In this document: piece by piece, positions 1-12,290 of the stretch
How the letters are laid out: every line of letters starts with the position of its first letter
Position numbering within the stretch: position 1 is the first letter of the stretch
Assembly: GCA_013265495.1 (NCBI GenBank)
Contig: MU061579.1
Location: 1,423,319 to 1,487,318 of the forward strand
Source: Vicugna vicugna
Taxonomy: Eukaryota
DNA length: 64,000 nt
Reading direction: 5' to 3'
The notes under the pieces: model-generated
The model's database searches: none
Seen by the model: only the letters and a program-made list of their open reading frames with translations
What the model was told of the DNA's origin: nothing
Made by a program: the position numbers and the translations under genes

Positions 1-400
1 GTCTCAGGCTGGGTGTCGGGGGGACGCTCTGTGCCCGTTTAACTTAGTTCTGTCAGACAAGGGCTGCTCTGTACAGATCCGAGCCTCGGAGGCTCCCCCT
101 CCGTCCCGCTGGCCTCTCAGTTGGAGAGGGGAGACCCAGCGAGCAAGCGCCAGTCCTCCTTTGCCGCTCCCTCCCCGCGGGACCCGTCCCACACTGCTTT
201 GCCTTTTGTTCTTTCTTTTTTCCTTTTCTCCTACCAGATTTTTGGCGTCTTTATCTTTTGAAGAGGGCGATGATCTGTTGGAGTTCCGCAGGTGCTCTGG
301 TTGGCTGAGTGGGTCTGTAGATGTGGGTCTTGGTGTATTTGTGGGAGAGGGTGGCTTACAAGCGTCCTTCTACTCCGCCATCTTGCCCGGAAGTCCCCCC
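1..400 (-). mobile_element. 5' end (5'UTR/internal promoter) of a LINE-1; the body continues left, outside the window
   Basis: The minus strand begins GGGGGGACTTCCGGGCAAGATGGCGGAGTAG, a typical mammalian L1 5' terminus. It is GC- and CpG-rich against an AT-rich background. The flank at 401-418 reads TT/AAAAAAATCAAGTGAC on the minus strand, matching the L1 endonuclease TT/AAAA site. Confidence 0.85.
377..385 (-). promoter_or_regulatory. YY1 motif (CAAGATGGC) at the L1 5' end
   Basis: gccatcttg on +, about 15 nt inside the L1 terminus, where the conserved L1 YY1 site is known to lie. Confidence 0.75.
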
Positions 401-1638
401 GTCACTTGATTTTTTTAAGTGTGCATTTTTTTTAAGGATGATCATAGTGTGAAGCATACACCTAGAGCTGGTGTATTTAGCTAAAAATATGGAGAGTACA
501 TAGATCATGACCTGCTGAATAAGGAGTCACAAGCCACCCACACAGGGGTGGGAATAAAGGTGGGCATTAGAATGAGCTCCTACTTTGGAGAGATGAAAAC
601 CCTGGGGCTTGTTTTGATCAAACGTGCAGTTTCAATGCACTCACACAAGGGAAGTAAAGTCATAAATGTATTACCTACAGATCCCAGATTGAGGGGGTAC
701 AATGAGTCAGGGGAAGGTAGCCCATCTTTCATCAACAGGGAGCAGGAAATAGACAGTACCCACCTATTACTTACAAGGCAGCTGGGGTGGGGTTTACTAA
801 TATTTTGAGGGCTCAACAAGTTGCCGTTTTATTATGTGGTGCTCCATGAAAAGCAAGAAGGGAACTCATGGCAGACTCTTAAGCTCAGGTACTTCTCTAA
901 ATGTTCACACTCTGCGCATGAGCAGAGTTGTCATTCTGTAAAATGCCTAGGCAGCAACTCAAACAATGGTTTTTTCATCACAGAAGCATCACAAGGCAAC
1001 AACCCTAGAGAAAACTGACGATTTACTCTTTACCTCTCACTTTTTTTCGAATCCCCCTTTTTTAAAGAATTACTTTTAGGAGGAATGTCCTGCATGCTCA
1101 ATCCATGTGTCTTGATGAAAGCTCTATTACTGTTACATTTCTAGTCCTAAAACATAAGTGCTGGGAACTGTTGGGAAAGGGATGTTGCATTTAAATGGAG
1201 TTGTTTGTTTTTTTTTCCTACTACATATATTCACAGTTATTATCGGATAATTGATTGTAATATCTATCTATAAAATATTCCAATAAATATTACATGTAAT
1301 TTTCTATGATTTCCTAAGATGCAGCCACATGCTAACTTATTAAGCAGAAATTTATAAAATCTACTTATTAAAATGAGAAAAAATGATTGTTCTCAGTATA
1401 TTTCACAAAGATGATACAAGAATTAATAATTTAATGATTATGTGTCAACTAACTATGTGTTGGAGATAATAAGGGATTTTCTTCTCTATAGATCTTTAAC
1501 TGAAAATCAAGACCTGTCATTTGAGTTCTTACCGATGAAGGTAATCAGCTAATGCACCTCTACTTCCTTTTTTTCTATTTCTTGTTACATCTCAAATCCC
1601 AATTATTGCCAATCAGGAGAGGTGTTGTTCTGATATTC

Positions 1639-1676
<38 letters not shown>
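1639..1676. repeat. (TCTA)n / (GATA)n microsatellite, about 9.5 units
   Basis: Uninterrupted tctatcta run read directly. Confidence 0.95.
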
Positions 1677-4419
1677 CTAATCTGGCAAATTAAAATTAAA
1701 TTTTTTTAATTAATTTTTTTTAAATTAAGAGTTTAGAAAGTTGAAACAGTAACACCCAGTCTATTAGAGGTTAGGTCCAAATGTTTAATGAGTGTAAGTA
1801 AAATTCTTTTCAGTCATACTACATTTACAGGTTAGTTTATGGGTGTGTGTAAGCCTGGTTTTATCTGCAGAGGGGGTATTAGAATTATTTAAAGTGATCA
1901 ACAAGTATTGTTTCCCTATAAAATACAATTTATATGAGTGTATACACAGTTGTCTGGACAATGTGAAGGAAAAGCAACACTGCTTTTGACTTCATGTATG
2001 AAATCCTCAAATGCAGAGCAGACAAGCTGTAGGCTGAGGTGAGTGCTGTCAGGATGGAGCCGAGTCAATAGCAAGCAATCCTGCAGGAAGGAGCACCTGA
2101 ACGTACATTTCTCTAGAGTAACAGTAGATACGTGGCACAATGATTTATGGCAGCGCCATGGACACAAAGAAAATAAACAAGATTTTTATGTCAAAGCACA
2201 ACTTGAAATCATATTCCCTGATCACCGTCCTGCTATATGTTTTACTGAGCATGTATATACAACTTCTGACGGGGGGGGGGGTTACCGTATTTAATATGAG
2301 TATGTTCTTGACAGAGCACGTGAGACTTGATTCATTTCTGAGTTCTCCATTACCAACTCTGACAGCTTTACAGCTCTGCTGGGAAATGAAGTGTAACAGG
2401 TTACTAAGCAACTCTGCAGCTTTTTAAAAGTATGTCTTGGAACTCACTTGTTTCTCTAATTGATTCCATCCACGTCATTTTGAACATAAATGGGCCATCA
2501 TGTTTAGAAATACGCTGGATTGCTACTTCCAGCTAACATGCTTGCTACCTCTGCATGTCTAAATCAAGGACCGGCAAATAAATGTCATATTCAAAGCAAA
2601 TTTTTATCTTTCTCTTGAGTTGCATTGAAAAATATGTATAAATATACATATATTTTTGGCAGTTCAAGTTAGTGTCTGAAGTTATCTGCACAATGTCAGA
2701 AAATAACACAAAAGACTCAAGAGTGATTCTCCTTTTTTTTTTTTTTTGACTTTTACAGAGAATAAAGGTTTAATTAGCCAGTCAGGCTTACCTCCTTGTC
2801 CATCCTCACAATATAATACATCAGAATTAATAGCAAATCTGTCTCACAGCATGGCTGCCATGTTGACATTTCTGCAGTTGCCAAATCTTTGAACAAGATA
2901 GTATCTCATCCAGCATTGAAATATTAGTAATAAATGCCTCCACATATCACATTTCACGGGGAGCAAATTAGGATATTAATATCTTTGACCTATCTTTCCC
3001 TTATATCCGAGTAAACAATAAAGTGATACAAACATTTTATATTCAGTGTATTTTCTCAAAGACTCATTCACTCTCCACTCACAATGTTAGAGTAGTGAAC
3101 AATTTAGCTACTAACTCTGTGTACTTAGATTATTTTGTAATTTAATGACTGTCGAAAATGTAGGAGAAACTGATAGATTTTTTTAAAATTCTGGATATTT
3201 GTGCTCAGTGTTTGCTTTGGAATTGTTTAATTATTTCCTCTTTACTTAAAATGTGACCATTTACAGAATCCTTTATAAGAATCACTTCACAAGTAGTCAC
3301 TTTAAAACAACTGCTGATATAAAAAGTATGTTTAATTATTCAACTAACTGGAAGAATCCTAGTAATATATAATATATATAGTAAGATATAGATGCCATTT
3401 TAAAACTAAAAATATCTTTAGAAGTGAATTTTAATTACTGGATCAGAATACTGTGATGGTTACCAATATTGTATGGCTTTAGTAATCACATAGATATGTG
3501 TGTGAAAACTTAGCCATCGAACAAAAAATGTGACAGTTAATAAAATAAGATATGCAAAAGCATATGTGGTAACAAACATAATAAACTCGGCTGATAAAGT
3601 GTCTTAGCCAACAATTCTTTCCTACTGGAAACAAGTCTAATCATTGTTGGACCTCTTCTGTTCTGCTGCTAGTTAGGAAGAACTGAACAGAAAATATCAA
3701 CCCTGATACCTGATATTTTGAATGAAAGCTGATGAAAACTGAAGGCAAAAAAAATCACTACCAAAAACTATAAAAAAAAAAATGACAGAATGACTACTTC
3801 CTAACACTTCCATCAATCACTGACACCCATTAGCAGATTGTACAATGTTTGCTTTGAGCAAAGAAAAGAAAACAAAACTCATGAGTCAAAACTGCTTTTT
3901 ATCCTCTGAACTAAGACTCCACCTCTCAAATATGCTATCTCCCAAAACATTCGGCAGTCTATGGTTGTTAGTAGCTTCAAGCAAGATAAATCAATAAGGA
4001 AAGTCCCATACAACTGTATCAAATTGCAACCATAGACAGAAACAGCCTGAGGTGAATTCTAATACAACATTGGTACCTTGAAAAAAATTTTATATTCACT
4101 ATGAAAGCAGAAAAAACCTTGGATTGTCCAAATGTTTTCTCAATGTTGAAAATCATCTTTCTTCAATATATGTTCCCTAGAGGATAGATTTCAAAATTAT
4201 GTTATATAATACAATGTTACAAGAATATAAGCCTGAATCCAAAGACAGAGGGCATAAATTAAAATCAAATATAAATCTGGCTATTTTAGGAATTAAATTA
4301 GTGGTCAATATGTATATGAGATCTTAAGAATTGCATCTCAGTGAAATCAATTCCAGATTGTTTCATTTTGACCTTTTAGATATTTTACAGTAAAGGCTGC
4401 TCTTTTCTGTTTTCTTATG

Positions 4420-4860
4420 ATAAAAGCAATTAATGCTTATTGCAAAAATTTTAGAAAATGCAAATAGCAAAAAAAGAAAATAAATAGATAAAAGCAAATA
4501 GCCTCCAATTGGGTAAACAATGTTGAAATTTTACTGCATATAATTCTCATCTCTTTTTCTTTTCTTATGCATATTCACATATATAAATATAAATATATAT
4601 ATCTCCAGAAAAATAAGACTAAACATGACATTCTCTTTGCATCATTATTTGCTTTTAATTAATAATGAATAGAACACAATTTTATACGCTATTAAGTATT
4701 TTTCGGATGCATCATATTAAATAACTGCTTTGTATGGATTTGAAGTATTTTATTAAATCAGCCTCATTCCCTTGCGTATTCCTTGGATACTCACTTGGAT
4801 AATTTCGAGGTTTTGATCCATTAAATAAAATATTGTGCTATCGTTTCTTTATTATATTTA
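4420..4860 (-). mobile_element. Very old L1 (L1ME-like) 3' fragment
   Basis: aatgcttattgcaaaaattttagaaaatgcaaat and the following AT-rich sequence resemble the antisense L1ME 3' end; heavily decayed. Confidence 0.4.
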
Positions 4861-7800
4861 TAGATTTTTTTGAAGTTTTCTACACTAGAGCGTCTGAATC
4901 TCATTGAAATAAAAACAAAAGAAATTAACAAAAACATTTTAGAAATGAATTTATACTCAAACTCCAGAAAAGACATGAAAAAGCAGTTTGCATCTACAGG
5001 TCAAATAGCTGAGAGGAAAAGCAAATCTCTCTCAATTTTCTCAACATTGGAAAGGAGAACTAGTAGAAAGTTTAGAGGAAAAAAAATAAAGGCATTATTA
5101 ATTTACAACATACATAAGTCAGAGCAATTTTTTAAGCATTTATGAATTGCTAATGGTGAATGAGACAATAAAGACAGCAGAGAAACTAGAACCTAACTTT
5201 ATGTCAATAATAATGTGGTATTTGGAAGACCAAATGATGTGAATATGAAACTGGAAGGCTGATAATGTGATACAAATGTAATGACATAATAAGTCAAAGG
5301 AGAAAGTAATGAAAATTAGTCAGAGCAGGCAGGGAAGATTCAGAAACAAAAGGCAGCACTGGAACTTGAATGTGAAAGAAGTTGATTTCAGATGACACTT
5401 AACATCCATTTCTGCATACAGAGTTAACTTAGCTTATTGTTTCTTTGTCATTTTACTTTGTTCTTGCCATCATACAATTCTCTTTTTCATCAAGGACGCG
5501 CAAAATGTGTGTAGTGTTAAAAAAAAAAAAGAGTAAACTGGATTTAGGGAGGTGTTAAGGATTCCATTGTACCTTCCCCTACCCTTTATTCTCTTGGAAA
5601 AATGTTCACACACATAATAATCAGGCCCTTCTGTAATGCATTTTCCTCAAAAAAACGTGTGAAGCGAAGGCAGTTCATGCAGTGTCATTTATTAAGCCTG
5701 TTGATAGAGATGGCGAAACAAAACCTGGAAACTACTGTGACAGGCAGCTGAGGGGCTGGCATGTAAGATTGCTTCCCCAAGCTTATAGAGGAGGGTGGAA
5801 TGAATCACTAAACAGAAGAGAGACGCTGAAAGTATGAGGGAATTATAAAATGGGGTGGAGGTAAGTAAAGAAGAATGATTTTATAGAAAAAGAAATCAAA
5901 GAATAGTTATTAAAATATTTACTTTAAAAAAAAAAAGAAAATACGAGGGAATGCTTGCAGAAGTAGATGTGAAAATTCTCAACTGATAATAATGTACCAT
6001 TACTATTTGAGGTAAAATTACATTTCCTGGATTACAGTATCCTTTATTATTACTTAATTGAAGCGTCTAAACATGGCACTGACACAATGTATTTAATCAC
6101 CAACTGTGAGGTGACAAACGGTTGCTCATTCTTGCCATGCATTAATATAAATACTGAGGTTAAGAAATACTTGATGTTTTATAATTTCTCACCTTGCCTG
6201 TGAACTACCTTTGCAGTAGCTCTTTTATCAGCAAGTAATAATTGCATACAAGGACCAATAACCTTCTTCAGGCATAGAAATGAAGAGACATAAGAAAGCC
6301 TGAAGTTCTCAATGTCCTTTCTGGAAAAAGTCTCTGGAAAACTGGAAAGGGTCCATAATTCACAAGAGATGATGGTTGATCAGTATCCTACAAAACCATC
6401 GATGATAATGAAGTCTGTATCACTCACTTATCTCTCTGTTCCACAGATTTCTGAGCAATAATGTATGGCTGAGCTTACTGCCCTTTGGAAAGCAGTGAGC
6501 GAAAGAGTAACTTCTTTCATTCTCGCAGTAACGCCTGGATGTAAGTATCAGTTTGGAATGGATCAACCTGGAGGTTACAGAAAGCACGATGAAGAGCCCC
6601 CCTGCCGGGTGTGTGTGCATCCAGGGAGGAGGTTTCCAGTATCAGCTCAGCAGCTCAACAGTGTCAGTGATAATCACGTTCTTCCACCTTTGCATCCTAT
6701 CCCTCTTGGCAAGTTGGCCTTTCTCCTCATGGCCGTGTGGCCAAGGAAAACAAATCACCATGACTAGAAAATATAATTCATGAAAGAATCCTTGTGTCTG
6801 GTTCAGGGGCTGTCTCCTTCTTCCAGTTAAGGGCTCCCCCCCACCCCCAGTTACGTAGGACATTGTGTAAAGTAGGTGTTTATTCTTAACACAGTGAGAT
6901 ACGGTAAAGCACTTCTCACTGCAGAGTTACACAGTCTAATCTTCCTTTTGAATAATCATTCTAGGTGCCCTGTGGAAATGATTTGTCAAGGGTCAAGAAG
7001 CAAGGAGGACAGCAGTTAGAAAAGGCCTGAGTAGCTCTGGGAAGGGAAAGAAATGACATGGCTCAGTAGATTACAGTCACAACGGAACAAGTTACAGAGA
7101 AGACTATTTCTGGTAATGTTGATTTGCCATAATTGAACTTGAATTTCCTCTTAAGCTCACCAAGCTGCAGAGGATCTGCTGTATATTCAAAGACTCCCTC
7201 AGGCATGCCTTGCCCCCAGCTAATGAATACCACAGTTTAATCTCACTGGGATTTTTGCAGTCTTCATAATCTCAACTCCTATGATGCAAACAGTTAAGAC
7301 CATCTCTGAGACACCACTGAAGTCTTTTGAACAGTGTGTATCCCAAAGCCATACTTCCTTTTGAAGAATTTGCCCCCCATATCTCTGTAAATCAGAGCAC
7401 CGATGTAAACCTCACCCCAGGAGCAGAAGTTCTAAGAACGAAAATCTCTGCAGCAATCTTGAGCTGCTGTTTTCTGTTCTTCTGGCACCATTGATAAATC
7501 CTCTCTGCCAGCACAGTATGAAGAGCATTCACATTAGAAACGTATCCTTCACTTCTCTGGTGAAATGTAGGTGTTATCACATCAAAAGGCTTCTGCTTAA
7601 ACTAAACCCTTATCACTGTAACTTTTCCTTTGCCCAAGAGACCACATCTGGAAGGCACTACACAAGAAAACATTACATTACTGCTTGGAAAACTCTCCAA
7701 AGTGGCATAAGAGATGTTAAAATTTGGAAAACTCTTAGATTATTCTTATCTTCTTTCAGCTTCGTATCTGCCAAAAGCTCCTCTCCTCAGTTCTCCATCT

Positions 7801-8101
7801 GTACTGCATCAAATTCAGCCCTCAGTTTTAGCTGCTAAATCTAAATCTGATTATATTGCTAAATTATGAAATCTGTGATCACCACGGGTGAGAATCATGT
7901 TTCTTTCTTATTGTTTTGCATGTTTGCCTTTGTATTTTTGGTGGATAGGGACTAGTCTAGGAACCCTGCATTAAAAAAAAAAAAGTTTCTCCACATGGTA
8001 GAATTTGCCTTATTTGGCTTACTTATCTTCCCAGATACTTAGGTCCTACTGCCAAACTACAGACAGGTGACAGGAGCATTAATACCTACTGGCAGACTTA
8101 C

Positions 8102-8185
8102 CTGGTTCATATTACCAATCTGTTTATTTAAATTCTTTAAAGAATTACTGAATTTTGATTTGCGATTGCCAATTTGCACTCTTCT
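8102..8185 (-). other. Candidate 84-nt internal exon, open in phase 0-0 (RRVQIGNRKSKFSNSLKNLNKQIGNMNQ)
   Basis: Minus strand tgttttcag|AGAAGA...AACCAG|gtaagt: perfect donor, plausible acceptor, 28 codons without a stop. Peptide not recognised. Confidence 0.35.
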
Positions 8186-9517
8186 CTGAAAACATGTTTT
8201 TTAACAGTGGACTTTATAATGTCAATACATTTTATCACCACTAGGTACTGCTCTTTTTGAACTGGACTTTTCCTTTGCTTTTCATGTGGTTGTTACTTTA
8301 AGATGCCTGTCCATTCTCGGATTGCCTTTTAAATTTCAAATATGCAGGGCATGTCTTAAAGAAGCCACAGTAAATAAATTTTCTTAGCCCCAAATCAGAG
8401 CCCACTCTGCCAGTTGGTGTGAATGATTGTCAGACTGCCCTAGAAAATCTAACATAAATAACTATCCAGTCAATGGGGAAATTCCTTTTTCCACTCAGGA
8501 CCTAAGATAGAAGCTTCTCCAAAGTGAAAATCCTCTTCCTCTCACCAGGAAAATAATTCTAGTTAGGAAATTTTAAAAACAAAGCAAAAAAAAAAAAAAA
8601 GAACAAAAAGCACCCACAATGCTTATTCTTCTCCCAGCCATAGGAGCAATTTTTTAACTCCACAAATAAATATATCTATTAAAATTGGGTAAAATATTGC
8701 CGTTGAGTCATATTATCATGGAAAAGGTTTAGATCTCATAATTGACTAGCAATATATCATAATTGTATTCAAGGTCCTTTACTGTGTGAGATTAAAGTAA
8801 AAATGAAAGCACTCCATGTTTGTTTCCAAGAAATAAACTTGGCCAATAACCTTTTGTGTGTGTGTGTGCAATGTCAAAATACAGTCATTTTAGCAAATAT
8901 TGTATTCTGCTGCTTAACAGCAATGTGTGAAAGTGGTTTTCCATTGTCTGCAAATAATAACTGAACTACACTGTTAGAAAATTTGTTTTGAAACAGAGAT
9001 AACTTTTCATTTCTGTTGTTGGTTTATTCTTTAAGCTCAAGCTCAAGTTTTTAGACCACCAGGAAAGCTATCTGACTGAAACCTCGGAGTAACTCATGGT
9101 AGTTAAATAGTATGTTTTACATATTAAACAGAGTGAAATCATGGTAGTTATACAGAAAGAAAAGGACAGCAAAATAATAAAATCAAATGCCTTTGTCATC
9201 TGGAATGTGTAATAGACACACAGTATCATCGAGATAGACGACAGCCCTCCCAGACAGAGCTGCTTCCCAGGTTTCTCTCTATGCTTTTTCATAAAGTGGT
9301 TTTCATTAGTCTTATAATCAGGAAAATCACCAGAAATCTCAGAATAAAATACTAGCAATAAGAGAACATTTTTGAACAGCAAATGCTGTACCTTACACTA
9401 AAATTTTCAGTGGCCCAGAGAAAAAGCAAAGAAAATAAAAGAAATAAATTAAGAAGATATTTTTGCATTCTGAAATAGCTTCAAGAATTTTAATAACAAG
9501 TCAGAAAACACTATACT

Positions 9518-9694
9518 TGTTATAGACTAAATGGATCCCCTCTCCGCAAAATTCATGTGTTGAAGCCAAATTCTCAACATCTTAGGAAGTGTCTGTGTTT
9601 GGAGATTTGGAGATAATGCCTTTAAAGAGGTGGTTAAAATTTAATCAGGTCATCGGACTTGGGCCCTAATCCAATAGAACTGCTGTCCTTATAA
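9518..9694 (+). mobile_element. MaLR LTR 5' half (MLT1A/B-like), truncated
   Basis: tgttatagactaaatg...aaaattcatgtgttgaagcc...gcctttaaagaggtggttaaa...gggccctaatccaata...gtccttataa follows the MLT1 consensus start. Confidence 0.75.
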
Positions 9695-11735
9695 CAGTGT
9701 TTATACCAGTCTATTCATAGTTGTCAAAAATTGGAAACTAACAGGATATTCTTCAACAAGTGAATGGTTAAGCAAGAGGCACTACTTTCATATAATGGAA
9801 TGCTATTTTTCTACCAAAAGGAATGAGCTAAAAAACAAAACAAAACTCTATATAGAGAGAGTAAAGGGAGTAACAGAGGATATCAGAAGCCCTAAGATCA
9901 GTATAACTGTTCTGTATAGTAATGTAATGTGGATACATGACACTATGCATTTGTCAAAATCTGTAGACTTCAAAGCACAAAGACTAAAACAATATATACA
10001 AATTAAAAAATAAGAAGTTGGGGGAATCCCCGGATGAAATGCAGACTATAACAAACATAGCTAACTCTATTACATTTAACTTTTTTTTTTAGGAGACGAG
10101 GTAACTAGGTTTATTTATTTACTTATTTTTTAAATGGAGGTACTGGAGATTGAACCCAGGACCTTGTGCATGCTAGGCAGGCACTCTGCCACTAAGCTAT
10201 CTTCTCCCCCTAGCTAACTCTATTACAAATGTACAAAACAATCTCACTGAAAAGGGTGAAGGAAAAATGCTGACCTAAGCGAATTTGGAAAGGAGTGGAC
10301 CTTCTAAAACTAAAGGACAAGGGAAAGGCACTTACCACTGTGATTGTTGGTAAAGTTATTTCCTATGAGGGCACAGTTAACAGTTCTGAAACCATATGAG
10401 GATATTATTAGAAATGAATAGTTCAGTAAATGGCAAATCCTGGGAGCCAGGCTTCCTGTGTTGAAGTTGGAGTTTAGCAATTAGCAAGGGAGGAGGCTAT
10501 AATGAGCCATGTGATAATGGATTAGAGTTTGAGACATCAGCATAAACTCATGTTTAGTTTAATATAGAGACATATGGTTACATATAGAAATATTTATAGA
10601 CGTGTATATAAACAGGTTATGTATCAGCTGAGACTAGTATCAATGACATCCCAGTAGCAGTGAACTTCTCCAGTGCCCAGATCTTGGATTACATTCCATT
10701 CACCAATAAAGAAAAATGGGAAGCTTTACAGAAATAACTAAATCTGGTATTGAGACACAGAATTTACAAGATGAGACTGGAACCACTTGCGGCTAGAAAA
10801 TAAGAATGTGCCTAAAAAAATTAAATTCCACAATGTTGTTTATATGCCAAAGGGACAATATAAGCAACAGCCAACTGAAAGAATTCCCACAGGCCAACGC
10901 TGGAAGAATTTGAGCAACTAAACAAAGAAGAGAGTATTAGATTATTGCCCAAAGCATAAAATAATGTTCATGAATCTATAGTTATATAAATAAATGATTG
11001 AATAGATGGTAGATAGATAAAGAGAAAAAAGCTAAATCTCCTGTGCAGAAAAACATTACTACTGTTCATAGATACTCTGCCACTGAGGAAGTGGGGCATA
11101 AGTCCCCACGCCTTGAATGTTTGCTGTGCACAGAGGCTTTCAAAGAGCACAGGCTGGAAAGGGGAAAAAATGGTAAATTTAGTGGAGAAATTTGACAAAA
11201 ACAACTTCAGTCACGTGATGAAGGTAAACATTGAGAGATCACTCATGTTGCTAGTATGTACCAGTAGTATGTGATGAGAACAGTACTTTACCTCTGTGAT
11301 CGCCTTCTGAAAAACCCTTAAGTACAGACTAACCCTGAGAAAAACTTCAGACAAACCCTAATGAGGGATATTTTACAAAAATATACCTGATGGTATTCCT
11401 CAAAACTATCAAATAATCAAAACACAAGGAATGTCTCAGAAGTGGTTTCAGGCAAGAGTAAGAGTAGGCCAAGGAGACAAGATGACCAAATGTGATGTGT
11501 CCTGTGGGTTCCTGGGTAAAAGAAGTACATCTAATGAAAACCTAGGAATATAAAGTATGAACTTTAGCTAACCATAATGTATCAGTCAATATGGGCCCAT
11601 TCACTCTGGCAAATAGAATATGCTAATGTAGGCTATGGATAATAGGAAACCGGTTGGGGGTGGTGCACGGTAACTCTGCGTCATCTTCACAATTATTCTG
11701 CAACTCTAACATCATTCTAAAATAAAATATTCACT
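9695..11735 (+). mobile_element. Old L1 (L1MC/L1MD-like): ORF2 end plus long 3'UTR, interrupted by a SINE
   Basis: ORF2 terminal motifs (aattggaaactaac, caacaagtgaatggtt, aatggaatgctat), 3'UTR motif ggatacatgacactatgcatttgtcaaaa, and terminal ...ttctaaaataaaa. Confidence 0.7.
10075..10210 (-). mobile_element. tRNA-Ala-derived SINE (camelid vic-1-like) with 17-bp TSD
   Basis: The minus-strand head GGGGGAGAAGATAGCTTAGTGGCAGAGTGCCTGCCTAGCATGCACAAGGTCCTGGGTTCAATCTCCAGTACCTCCA is tRNA-Ala(AGC)-like, with A and B boxes and an A-rich tail. The direct repeat TAGCTAACTCTATTACA is identical at 10058-10074 and 10211-10227. Confidence 0.9.
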
Positions 11736-12290
11736 AAAACTGAAAATAGCATACCATTACAATAGCTTCAAAATTATGAAAAATCTTTGGGATTATTCTG
11801 ACAAAAAACGTGAAAGATCTGTACACTGATACCAACAAGCCATTTCTGAGTGATTTTAAGGACCTAAATAAATGGAGAGACAAACTGTATTCAGGGATCA
11901 GAAGATTCAATATTACTGACATCAGTTTTTTATGAGTTGATGCATAGATCCAAAAAACTTCCAATCAAAAATTCCAGCAGGCTTTCTGTGTATAAATTTG
12001 TGAACTAATTCTTAAACTAATATGGAAATGCCCAAGAACCTAGAGCGGTTTAAGCAGTTTGAGAAAGAGAACAAGGTTTGGGGACTGACACTATGTGATT
12101 TCAAGAGTTATTATGAAGCTACAGGAATCAATACAATGTAGTTTTGGCATCAACATAAGCCAATAGGTCAATGGAGCAAAATAGGAAGTTGAAAAATAGA
12201 ACCACAGCTATGGACACATGGTTTTCAACAAAGGTATAAAGATAATTTAGAGGAGAAAGAATGGCATTTTTAACCAAATGCTGTATACTC
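11736..12290 (+). mobile_element. Old L1 ORF2 fragment (region downstream of RT), disrupted
   Basis: gtgaaagatctgtacactga, gacctaaataaatggagagac, agaagattcaatatt, tatggaaatg and ttttcaacaaagg are L1 ORF2 hallmarks. Confidence 0.85.

Noticed and set aside
1..400. CpG-island promoter of a host gene, and ORFs 4-192 and 161-409
   Set aside because: Explained by the L1 5'UTR.
4870..5145. K/E/N-rich 91-aa ORF
   Set aside because: Explained by A-rich strand composition; no recognisable homology or splice signals.
7125..7800. Scattered motif resemblance to bornavirus G/N proteins (IELE, YH...GF, PFE, AW..LQS, SFPN)
   Set aside because: The motifs fall in different frames or strands and their spacing does not fit the viral proteins as I recall them, so this is most likely chance. 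A BLASTX search would settle it.
10135..10210. tRNA-Ala gene
   Set aside because: It is the head of a SINE: stems are mismatched, and it has an A-rich tail and TSD.
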